Shown here in pieces: positions 50,100 to 57,555 of a stretch of DNA of 64,000 bases. Source of the stretch: Candidatus Heimdallarchaeota archaeon (lineage in GTDB: Archaea; Asgardarchaeota; Heimdallarchaeia; Heimdallarchaeales; Heimdallarchaeaceae). The notes below the pieces were generated by a model. That model searched no databases. It was not told the DNA's origin and saw only the letters and a list, made by a program, of their open reading frames with translations. The first letter of the stretch is position 1. The number at the start of each line of letters is the position of its first letter. A program made the position numbers and the translations under genes. The DNA is taken from the NCBI GenBank assembly GCA_030603365.1, contig JAUVXV010000013.1:32001-96000 (forward strand), in the 5' to 3' direction.

Positions 50100-50895
50100 T
50101 CAAAAACTTGTTTTCCTTAAGATAATCAAACAGTTTTTTTGCTGCAACCTTAGCCTCACTGCCATCAATTATCTCGCCCCCTGTTTTACTTAGAGGAGCA
50201 AAAATTTTGTCTACTTGGGTAGGAGACGCGCTCAACCCAATCTTCTCTTCATCAATATTCAAATCGTCTGCAGAGAACGTTTCCAAAGGTTTATCTCTAG
50301 CAATACAAACATCTCGCATTGAAGGGATTCTTCGAATATTGGATCCTTTACTCATAGTTACTAATGCAGGCATCTTGGCAGAAAGAATTTGATATCCTTT
50401 CTCAGTCTCTCTCTTAACTTCCACTCTTTTGTTGTTGATTTTCACATCGACACCATAAGTAATCTGAGGGATACCAAGTTGTTCAGCTGTCTCGGCTGGG
50501 ACTTGTGCAGTATCACCATCAATAGCCTGTTTTCCTGTTAAAATTAGATCGAAATCAGGTTCAAGATTGGCAACACCCTCTTTTAGTGCTGTTGAAGTTG
50601 CCCAAACATCAGATCCTGCAAATTTTCTATCCGAGAGTAGATATGCCTTATCTGCTCCTAATTCTAAACACCTCAACAATACCATCTTAGCTTGTGGAGG
50701 TCCCATACTAATTGCAGTAACCTCTATTTCTAGCTCAGGATAATCATTCTTCAATTTAACAGCTTGATCTAACGCATACTCACAGTAAGGATTTAGGATT
50801 GAAGCCACACCTTCTCGAATTAAAGTTCCTGTTTCTGGATCCACAGCTATTTTATCGGCTTCTGGAACTTGTTTTGCTAAAACTACGATTTTCAT
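50092..50895 (-). CDS. etfB: Electron transfer flavoprotein beta subunit
   Basis: [46 protein letters not shown] overlaps the upstream stop (ATGA). Confidence 0.94.
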   Translation of the reverse strand: MKIVVLAKQVPEADKIAVDPETGTLIREGVASILNPYCEYALDQAVKLKNDYPELEIEVTAISMGPPQAKMVLLRCLELGADKAYLLSDRKFAGSDVWATSTALKEGVANLEPDFDLILTGKQAIDGDTAQVPAETAEQLGIPQITYGVDVKINNKRVEVKRETEKGYQILSAKMPALVTMSKGSNIRRIPSMRDVCIARDKPLETFSADDLNIDEEKIGLSASPTQVDKIFAPLSKTGGEIIDGSEAKVAAKKLFDYLKENKFLSV

Positions 50896-52535
50896 TGTTC
50901 CATCTCCCTTCCAAAAATGTTTCCACAATTGAAAACACAATCGGGATCAATTGCAAATTTCACAATTCTCATCTCTTGGACTCCTTCCTCTCCATACATA
51001 ATCTTGAGATATTCGTGCTTGATTTTACCAATACCATGTTCAGCTGAGATAGAACCTCCAAACTCAACAGCTTTTTTAGCAAATTTCTTGTAAAGCTCTT
51101 TTCCTAATTTAAGGTCTTCCATATTTCTAGGAAGGATATTAACGTGAACGTGATTATCCCCGATGTGACCCCATTCAACATATTCCAATCCTGCTTCTTT
51201 TAATTTTGTACGGTAGAAATTCATCATTTCTTTCAAGTATTTATCTTCAACAGACATATCTGTTCCCAATTTGTGAATTTCTGAGAATTGCTTCTTACGT
51301 TCAGCAATAATATTATTTACTATCTCTGGTACAGCATGTCGGAAGTGTTTGAAACGAGCTATTTCTCTCTCTTCATAAGCACACCAAGTATCGTCTAGAG
51401 AAGAATTACACTCTATCAACATATCGGAAATTTCATCAAAACATTTCTCCAACGTTTCTTCTGAATAATCAAGATTAAACGAAATCGCTGCTAATACATC
51501 TTCTCTGATTTTAGGAATGTTAACGAACTTGGGATCTTCTACTTGTTTATTCCTTAGTAAAGTCAAGGCTTTGTCGTCAAAAAACTCAATGAATTCAGGT
51601 TTGAATGATTCACTAGACCTTAATTTTTCTACGAAATCAATTGCATCATTTTCATCCTTGAAAAAGACTATGTTTGACATTGGTGCTATATATTCTTTGA
51701 GCCAGATATCCGCTTCAGTAATAACTCCAAAAATTCCTTCTGAACCTATAAACAAGTCTATTAAGTCCATGTTAGGTTCTGCCCATATACCTGCAGCATT
51801 TTTTGCTTTTGGCATCATATATGTAGGAATACGGATGAGATATTTCTCACCAGCTGTTTGAATGATGAATTTTCCATCCACTGCTCTATATTTCCCTCGA
51901 GGAATACTTAAAACCTCACCTGTACCAAGAATAACTCTCAGTTTCTTTATCCAATTCCTAGTTGCACCGTACTTGAATGAACGAGCACCAGAAGCGTTAG
52001 CGCCAATAGTACCTCCAATAGATGCTGTCATTTCTGTGGGGTCAACAGGATAGTAATAAGTAGGTTCAGTTTCGAATTTTTCTACCCAGTTTTTATCTTG
52101 AGGAATGCTTTTTTCCTTCTCTATTTTTTTGAGTTTTACAATATCATTAATCTCATTAAGAGAGATAGCAGGTTCTACTCTTAGAAACCACCTCTCCTCC
52201 TCCTCATCAAAACCAAGACCGATTACATGATCCATTCTTTCTAATGAAAGAACAGCTCCTCCAAATGGAACTGCACTACCTACAATACCTGTACGAGCGG
52301 CAGATACAGTAATCATTTGCTCTTCTTCTTTCATTTTTTTCACAAATGAAGATATTTCCTCTTCATTATTTGGGAAAAATAGCCATTCAGCATGACCACC
52401 ACTTATTTTTGATTCATCTACAAGGTAACTAGGATAGGATGCAGATATAATCATCTCCCCCTTAACTGACTTTAATTCTTCAAATGGTAGTGTTTCTATT
52501 TTTTGAGCTTCAATAATATTCTCAGACAACAACAA
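50892..52535 (-). CDS. FAD-linked oxidoreductase (GlcD/LctD D-2-hydroxyacid dehydrogenase family)
   Basis: PVDPTEMTASIGGTIGANASG, DLFIGSEGIFGVITE, GHIGDNHVH, GSISAEHGIG. Confidence 0.88.
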   Translation of the reverse strand: MLLSENIIEAQKIETLPFEELKSVKGEMIISASYPSYLVDESKISGGHAEWLFFPNNEEEISSFVKKMKEEEQMITVSAARTGIVGSAVPFGGAVLSLERMDHVIGLGFDEEEERWFLRVEPAISLNEINDIVKLKKIEKEKSIPQDKNWVEKFETEPTYYYPVDPTEMTASIGGTIGANASGARSFKYGATRNWIKKLRVILGTGEVLSIPRGKYRAVDGKFIIQTAGEKYLIRIPTYMMPKAKNAAGIWAEPNMDLIDLFIGSEGIFGVITEADIWLKEYIAPMSNIVFFKDENDAIDFVEKLRSSESFKPEFIEFFDDKALTLLRNKQVEDPKFVNIPKIREDVLAAISFNLDYSEETLEKCFDEISDMLIECNSSLDDTWCAYEEREIARFKHFRHAVPEIVNNIIAERKKQFSEIHKLGTDMSVEDKYLKEMMNFYRTKLKEAGLEYVEWGHIGDNHVHVNILPRNMEDLKLGKELYKKFAKKAVEFGGSISAEHGIGKIKHEYLKIMYGEEGVQEMRIVKFAIDPDCVFNCGNIFGREMEQ

Positions 52536-52663
52536 GCTCCTCCAATATATCTTTACAGTTAGTTGAAGCGTGGGTTAAAAGTGTATAAAAATATAATTAC
52601 TTGTCCATATTCTAATTAGACTTACAATAGCTTTAAAACTATCATAGATTCAACTATTTTAAG

Positions 52664-52906
52664 ATGGTAGAAATTGAGGTAATTTATGGAACTGAGTGGT
52701 GTGGAGATTGCAATAGATCAAAGAAATTCCTAGATGAAAATGATGTTTCCTACAAGTGGATAGACATAGATTTTGATGACAAAGCGAAAGAGAAAGCAGC
52801 AGAATTAAATGGTGGGAAATGGCGAGTTCCAACAATAGTATTTTCTGATGCTTCAATACTCAGAGAACCTTCAAATGAAGAATTAGGGGAAAAACTTGAT
52901 GTTTAA
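52664..52906 (+). CDS. Glutaredoxin/NrdH/mycoredoxin-like protein
   Basis: YGTEWCGDC, RVPTIVF. Confidence 0.88.
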   Translation: MVEIEVIYGTEWCGDCNRSKKFLDENDVSYKWIDIDFDDKAKEKAAELNGGKWRVPTIVFSDASILREPSNEELGEKLDV

Positions 52907-53008
52907 TCAATTTCTGTAATTTTAATTTCCTATTAATAATTATTTAGAATAAATATCTACAGTAAACAAAAACAATACTTTACTAATGAAAGGGGGAAGA
53001 AGAATTCC

Positions 53009-53992
53009 TCAAAAGAGACTATTTCTTCTTTTTCTAATAATCAAAACAGCTAAGCCAATAATAGCTAAAATACTTGCAAATAGAAAGAAACTACCTTCTT
53101 CAGTTTGTTCTACTTCATATTTCATGGGATATTGATCAAAAGAATCAGCAGGTCCATCTATGCTGTATGTTCCTGCACCGTCGTAATCATCCCACCAATT
53201 GCCATATTGGTGTAAAGCTTCAAACCATTGATTACTGCTTCCTTCGTCATACCCTTGACTGGTTATGTCCCCAGTTCTAACTCCATCAATATTGTAAGTG
53301 GGCTCATTAGAGTTGTTAACGAAGGTGTTGTGATAAATAATATTATACATACTGATGTTTCCGACAATGACTAATCCATGTTCATTGCTGTTACGAATGC
53401 TGTTGTTGGTAATATCATTATAACTGGAATCACGAATATTGATTCCTTGGTAATAACTTAATAGAATATCATTGCCTTTGATAGTGCAATGGTGAGCTTC
53501 GTTTAAGTGAATACCTTGCATAAATCCTGATATAGTGTTGTTCTCAATCAGAGTATAATTTGAACCAATAGCAATTCCTCCTCCATAAGTGATGCTGCTG
53601 GATAAAGTGTTATTGAGTATCTTTGCAGTTCCAGACAGTACTGTAGACTGAATAAAAATGCCTATATATTTGGTGACAATGTCACAATTTCGAATAATAA
53701 AATAAACGTTGGTACCGCTAATCACAATAGCCGGATTCCCATCACCAGTAGAAACAATATCTAAGTTTTCAATAAGATAGGGGTTAGATGAAGAACCATT
53801 ACCAGTAAAACCAAGCGTATCAAAGTCATCATCTGAATTAATAAAAACAGGAAAAGAAGCATCTAAATCCGCTAATCGACTAGATGAAGACCCAGAGTTT
53901 AAAATTGCAGAAGAAGGGTGTATTGTCGAGCTGTAAACAAGTAAACAGCTGAAAATAATTATGATTAATATCTTTTTATTTAATGATACCAT
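53009..53992 (-). CDS. Secreted right-handed beta-helix (NosD/CASH) protein with C-terminal anchor
   Basis: GNGSSSNPYLIENL, repeated GI-x-[LI]...N-x-I, GNWWDDY, DQYP, TM followed by RKRR. Confidence 0.85.
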   Translation of the reverse strand: MVSLNKKILIIIIFSCLLVYSSTIHPSSAILNSGSSSSRLADLDASFPVFINSDDDFDTLGFTGNGSSSNPYLIENLDIVSTGDGNPAIVISGTNVYFIIRNCDIVTKYIGIFIQSTVLSGTAKILNNTLSSSITYGGGIAIGSNYTLIENNTISGFMQGIHLNEAHHCTIKGNDILLSYYQGINIRDSSYNDITNNSIRNSNEHGLVIVGNISMYNIIYHNTFVNNSNEPTYNIDGVRTGDITSQGYDEGSSNQWFEALHQYGNWWDDYDGAGTYSIDGPADSFDQYPMKYEVEQTEEGSFFLFASILAIIGLAVLIIRKRRNSLF

Positions 53993-54059
53993 AAATAATT
54001 AGAAAATAAAGGTATATATTAAATTTAGCCAAAAAAAGAAAAGATGAGTCCTAACTCCA

Positions 54060-54497
54060 TCATTCAGTATTGTCTTGTCCAGCTTTCACAGGAATTTCTT
54101 CGGGAGTGGTGGCTGGAACTTCTGCTTTGTCCTCAACAGGGACACTAACAGGAGTGGGACGAACAGAAATGGGTTCAACTCCAAGTTTTTGTAGTGTTTT
54201 AGTATACTCATCAGTGAGGAAGAAATCTTTCAGAACAATCCAACTAGTAGGGATGATAACTGGAAGCTTACCTATACCTTCTGCACAAGAATGAGAAATC
54301 TCATCAAGGGATTCTTTTTTATCAACAGTACCGCATTTTAGACAAATCTTCCAACGAGCAGATCGTTGATAGAGCTTCTCAACGGTTTCATTATAAATTT
54401 CAAAACCTGAACTTAAAGGAGCATCTTGCAGGTCAAGTGTAAAACGACGGGCTCGAGATTTTATTTGTGTTTTCTCAGCATCTTTGACATCTGGCAT
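54060..54497 (-). CDS. Uncharacterised CxxC...HxC (putative Zn-binding) protein, paralogue 1
   Basis: LYQRSARWKICLKCG...HSC...PVIIPTSWIVLKDFF, shared with three other ORFs. GGAGG SD upstream. Confidence 0.85.
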   Translation of the reverse strand: MPDVKDAEKTQIKSRARRFTLDLQDAPLSSGFEIYNETVEKLYQRSARWKICLKCGTVDKKESLDEISHSCAEGIGKLPVIIPTSWIVLKDFFLTDEYTKTLQKLGVEPISVRPTPVSVPVEDKAEVPATTPEEIPVKAGQDNTE

Positions 54498-54526
54498 TTA
54501 TTTTCCTCCTTTAAATTTTTATTATA

Positions 54527-54545
54527 TGTGATACATACTAATACA
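54527..54545. promoter_or_regulatory. TGT-N13-ACA palindromic operator candidate next to the TATA of paralogue 1
   Basis: aTGTGATACATACTAATACAt, with a TATA-rich tract at 54546-54557 upstream on the minus strand. Confidence 0.55.
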
Positions 54546-54594
54546 TATTATATATATGTGTATGTGTTGGCAAATCTTGCCTATAAACATATTT

Positions 54595-54613
54595 TGTAAT
54601 CATAATAGACACA
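54595..54613. promoter_or_regulatory. TGT-N13-ACA palindromic operator candidate
   Basis: TGTAATCATAATAGACACAt. Left half repeated at 54728, 54751 and 54778. Confidence 0.5.
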
Positions 54614-54766
54614 TAAAGCGGAAACTTCTGCCTCAATCTTTACTTTCAATTCCTATTAATTAAACATCATTAAACATATTTTACCTTACTATTTAGCATT
54701 ATTTCGTTTTTTTATAATCTGTTCATATGTCATCATAAAGCGGTAATATATGTAATCATAGTTTTG

Positions 54767-54796
54767 TTTAAATACTATGTCATCATAACTATTACA
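54767..54796 (+). promoter_or_regulatory. TATA box plus TGT-N13-ACA operator of microprotein cassette 1
   Basis: TTTAAATA-cta-TGTCATCATAACTATTACA-tagaa, followed by CCAAGGTG SD and ATG at 54825. Confidence 0.6.
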
Positions 54797-54824
54797 TAGA
54801 ACAAGAAAACCAAGGTGGAAAAAA

Positions 54825-55028
54825 ATGAAAATGGAAATACAAAAACTGTTGGACCGTGAGCTAAGGAATCTTTACGCGGATCTAACTCAGCTTACCAAAG
54901 CTCTTGCAACCAGATATCCTAGAAAACATGATCGAGTGTATATCGATTATCGCATTGAAACCACAACTAGGTTTTCGAAACTCGACTTACGAAAGTATTG
55001 CGAAAACAAAGGTGATAGAATTGAATGA
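54825..55028 (+). CDS. Coiled-coil microprotein (family A, copy 1)
   Basis: EIQKLLDRELRNLYADLTQLTKA aligns with copies 2 and 3. AAGGTG SD. Confidence 0.7.
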   Translation: MKMEIQKLLDRELRNLYADLTQLTKALATRYPRKHDRVYIDYRIETTTRFSKLDLRKYCENKGDRIE

Positions 55029-55167
55029 ACAAGAATTACACACACTGTTGGATCAGAAAATAAAAGCACTCCATAGGGAGTTGAATCAGCTCAGAAGAGC
55101 TCGTCGCACCAGAAGAGCAAAAGCTCGTTCTAGGTACTCAATCGGGCAAATACCCCTTCAAGGGTAG
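55021..55167 (+). CDS. Coiled-coil/Arg-rich microprotein (family A, copy 2), 48 aa
   Basis: TTG start after AAGGTGA SD. (M)NEQELHTLLDQKIKALHRELNQLRRARRTRRAKARSRYSIGQIPLQG. Confidence 0.72.
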   Translation: MNEQELHTLLDQKIKALHRELNQLRRARRTRRAKARSRYSIGQIPLQG

Positions 55168-55207
55168 GCTCGGTTCTTGCTCCTTTTAATAACCCAGGTG
55201 ATATGAA

Positions 55208-55471
55208 ATGGCTGTAAAAATACAATTAAAATCCTCTCATGACCTAATTGCTGAACATGTAAAGATACTATATGATTTCGAATTTGTAGATGAAGAAAGT
55301 TATTACTTATTCCTTAAACAATTAGTTGAATCATTACATGCTTCAGTAGAAGAAGAATCAAAGAAAGCTGCAAAACGTATATATGAGAAAACCATTGAGG
55401 CAGAAGTTCGAAATGCTAAGGACAAAATCATGGCAAAGAAGCTTCTCCTGTTTGGGTCAATGTACTATTAA
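55208..55471 (+). CDS. Small hypothetical helical protein
   Basis: AGGTGA SD, 87 aa, in cassette 1. Confidence 0.65.
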   Translation: MAVKIQLKSSHDLIAEHVKILYDFEFVDEESYYLFLKQLVESLHASVEEESKKAAKRIYEKTIEAEVRNAKDKIMAKKLLLFGSMYY

Positions 55472-55490
55472 TTTGTATGAGGAATATCCC

Positions 55491-55610
55491 GTGATAAATC
55501 TAGCTCTCTTAAAACCTAATCCCGCTTATACCCTTCCTGGGTATAGCGATTTTTTACGATCACTAAGAAAATTACTAGAATTGAAAACAAAAGAAAATAG
55601 AGGTGTCTAA
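55491..55610 (+). CDS. Possible 39-aa microprotein
   Basis: GTG after GAGGA. (M)INLALLKPNPAYTLPGYSDFLRSLRKLLELKTKENRGV, stop 1 nt before the next ATG. Confidence 0.35.
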   Translation: MINLALLKPNPAYTLPGYSDFLRSLRKLLELKTKENRGV

Positions 55611-55611
55611 T

Positions 55612-55764
55612 ATGGCAAACAAAGTTGTAAATATAAGAAGAAAAATGAAATATGAAAAAATGAAAGAGAATGCATGGAAAGTTATGGGATATGCATTTTT
55701 ATTTACCCTATTAATGGTATTGGGGCTCATAACCTTAACTGCTTTATCAAATTTCTTACTTTAG
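55612..55764 (+). CDS. Single-TM microprotein (family B, copy 1), 50 aa
   Basis: GAGGTG SD. MANKVVNIRRKMKYEKMKENAWKVMGYAFLFTLLMVLGLITLTALSNFLL. Confidence 0.7.
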   Translation: MANKVVNIRRKMKYEKMKENAWKVMGYAFLFTLLMVLGLITLTALSNFLL

Positions 55765-55939
55765 AAATTTGACACTTTTTTTAATTTTTATTACATTCAG
55801 TTACCGATTTTTAGAAATATATTGTTTCTATGTTGAAATTGTGTAGTAATATTTGAACACACATCTATTCAAATCCGCTTCTAATGCTTATTTTGTAGGT
55901 GTTCCTAAATCTAAGGTAATTTGTGCCAACGGGCAAATG

Positions 55940-55968
55940 TTTATTAACATGTATGAGTTTATTCTACA
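55940..55968 (+). promoter_or_regulatory. TATA box plus TGT-N13-ACA operator upstream of paralogue 2
   Basis: TTTATTAA-ca-TGTATGAGTTTATTCTACA-t, 13 nt before ATG 55982. Confidence 0.55.
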
Positions 55969-55981
55969 TGAGTAACGTAAT

Positions 55982-56410
55982 ATGACCGACATGACCAATG
56001 CTCGAAAAAAAGCAGTTCGATCTAGAGCAAGACGTTTTACGCTAGATCTATGGGATGCTCCGCTTGATTCAGGCTTAGAACTTTATCAAACAATAATTGG
56101 TGAATTATATGAAGGGTCATCAAGAATTAGACTTTGTTTAAAATGTGGCGCTATTGATTCTATTCAAGATCTTAAGAAAGATAACCACGCTTGTGCTCTT
56201 TCATTTAAGAGTTTTCCAGTTTTAGTAACTACAAGTTGGAAACTATTATCTGACTTCTTTCTAACAGGTAGATATGTTGAAGCCTTGCAACATCTTGGTG
56301 TTGAATTAGGCGTACGAGAAGTTGTTACTGTTCCAGTTGAGACAACTCCTGAAGTACTTACTACTATTGAAGAACAAGAAACTGCACGTGTATCTGTGTC
56401 AGATAAGTAA
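55982..56410 (+). CDS. Uncharacterised CxxC...HxC protein, paralogue 2
   Basis: RSRARRFTLDLWDAPL...CLKCG...HAC...PVLVTTSWKLLSDFF. Confidence 0.85.
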   Translation: MTDMTNARKKAVRSRARRFTLDLWDAPLDSGLELYQTIIGELYEGSSRIRLCLKCGAIDSIQDLKKDNHACALSFKSFPVLVTTSWKLLSDFFLTGRYVEALQHLGVELGVREVVTVPVETTPEVLTTIEEQETARVSVSDK

Positions 56411-56593
56411 GTTTTTTTAACTTTTTCCTTCAATTTTTTATGTGTTTTTGAGTATAAAATACCCCTTTTTTCTATTTGTTTTCCGACATCTTCGGCCATA
56501 TTTGCCTCTATTTTCTTATTGATTTACTGTGGTCGTATGTGCAATACAATGCACTAACGACCCAGAAAGGTTGTTTTTTACACCTAAAAAAGA

Positions 56594-56663
56594 TGTCTGA
56601 AGAAATCAGACAATTCTTTCTTCTAAAAATGCCTTTATATATGATGTCGGAGTAAGTCAGACA
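56594..56663 (+). promoter_or_regulatory. Two TGTC(T/G)GA-N5-TCAGACA operators flanking a TATA box (cassette 2)
   Basis: TGTCTGA-agaaa-TCAGACA (56594-56612), TTTATATA (56634-56641), TGTCGGA-gtaag-TCAGACA (56645-56663). Confidence 0.7.
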
Positions 56664-56688
56664 TAGAAAAACCCAAGGTGTAAAAAAA

Positions 56689-56838
56689 ATGACCAACAAC
56701 GAACTTTCCAGAACACTGGACCAAGAGATCAGGGCGCTCCAAAAGGAGTTAAACGAGCTTAAAAGAGCTCGCAGAGCCCTTCGAGCTAATACACGCTCAG
56801 AACGATTGCTAACTCAGCGCATTCCCCTTGCGGGATGA
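56689..56838 (+). CDS. Coiled-coil/Arg-rich microprotein (family A, copy 3), 49 aa
   Basis: CCAAGGTG SD. MTNNELSRTLDQEIRALQKELNELKRARRALRANTRSERLLTQRIPLAG, a clear paralogue of 55021-55167. Confidence 0.75.
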   Translation: MTNNELSRTLDQEIRALQKELNELKRARRALRANTRSERLLTQRIPLAG

Positions 56839-56885
56839 GCTGGGTCTTCAATCCCTTTCATAAAACTGAAACGGAGGTGTAAAGT

Positions 56886-57038
56886 GTGTTAAGTCTGCCC
56901 CGATTTATTTACAGAATTAAGGTTGAAAAACCATGTGTCTATCTCTGGAGAATGCTAAGAATTGCATTACCATTGTTTGTAGCAGGTATAGTCGCAGTAA
57001 TTGGTTTAGCTCCTGAATTTGCTAGAGTAGTTATATAA
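56886..57038 (+). CDS. Single-TM microprotein (family B, copy 2), 50 aa
   Basis: GGAGGTG SD, GTG start. (M)LSLPRFIYRIKVEKPCVYLWRMLRIALPLFVAGIVAVIGLAPEFARVVI. Confidence 0.68.
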   Translation: MLSLPRFIYRIKVEKPCVYLWRMLRIALPLFVAGIVAVIGLAPEFARVVI

Positions 57039-57084
57039 AATGAAGAAAAGTGTCCCCCACTTTTCCTTTCATTTATTTATTTAC

Positions 57085-57251
57085 GATTATCATCCCATCC
57101 AAGAACTCACGCTGTTTGTATCTTGCTGAACAGACAAACCTGCAGAGCTCACCATCTGCTTGGGATCAGGAAACAACAAACTCTTACTAACCCAGAGCTT
57201 GTGTGCTACCGTCTGTTTCCTGATCCTTTCCATTTCTTCAGGATGATAATC
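57085..57251. ncRNA. Candidate structured RNA (multi-stem, unknown family)
   Basis: 11-bp closing stem 57085-95/57241-51, 13-bp stem 57163-75/57214-26, and further hairpins 57114-39, 57142-59 and 57176-57202. Confidence 0.55.
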
Positions 57252-57304
57252 AGATTTGAACTCACTAGAGACTTAAAACATGGATCACAAAAGAGGTGTA
57301 AAAA

Positions 57305-57448
57305 ATGATTGGTAACGAAAGAAATTTTGTTCGAAGATTTAAGATAGAAAGAACACTCTCCATTACTTGGAGGTTAATCATCTACATAATTTCTTTGACA
57401 GTAATTGTTGTTACAGGGATTTTTTCCCTATCTGTAATATCCAATTAA
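57305..57448 (+). CDS. Single-TM microprotein (family B, copy 3), 47 aa
   Basis: GAGGTG SD. MIGNERNFVRRFKIERTLSITWRLIIYIISLTVIVVTGIFSLSVISN. T-rich terminator at ~57478-57510. Confidence 0.7.
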   Translation: MIGNERNFVRRFKIERTLSITWRLIIYIISLTVIVVTGIFSLSVISN

Positions 57449-57555
57449 GAAAATATCATGATGAGAATTAGTCCTTTCATCTTTTTTTTTTTTCTTCTTC
57501 TTTATTTCTAGCAAAAGAGAGTGAAAATAAATTTCGTAGGAAGTTTATTACACTT

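Noticed and set aside
47-52053. Numerous 60-180 aa ORFs antisense to or overlapping long genes (e.g. 10041-10583, 12866-13195, 22495-22830, 49825-50193, 51517-51861)
   Set aside because: They are shadows of well-supported genes and carry no motifs or SD sites.
54904-55020. N-terminal extension of ORF 54904-55167 in the track
   Set aside because: It overlaps 54825-55028. The SD site and alignment to the 56689 paralogue place the start at TTG 55021.
55165-56892. Programmed readthrough of the TAG/TGA ending family A microproteins
   Set aside because: The extensions (ARFLLLLITQVI versus AGSSIPFIKLKRRCKVC) are not similar to each other and the stop codons differ.
57185-57191. TACTAAC equals the spliceosomal branch-point consensus
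   Set aside because: A 7-mer in an AT-rich archaeal genome with no intron context. Noted only as part of the repeated loop motif.
57085-57251. Hammerhead ribozyme (CUGAAGA...GAAA on the minus strand), SRP RNA, known riboswitch or tRNA
   Set aside because: No stem II between CUGANGA and GAAA and the junction geometry is wrong. No SRP helix-8, cloverleaf or riboswitch consensus recognised.
57123-57308. 61-aa ORF across the stem-loop region
   Set aside because: TTG start without SD and no paralogy. Base-pairing explains the sequence better.
55612-57448. SNARE/VAMP homology of the TM microproteins (basic-Trp-TM)
   Set aside because: They lack a ~60-residue SNARE heptad motif. The resemblance is generic for tail-anchored peptides.
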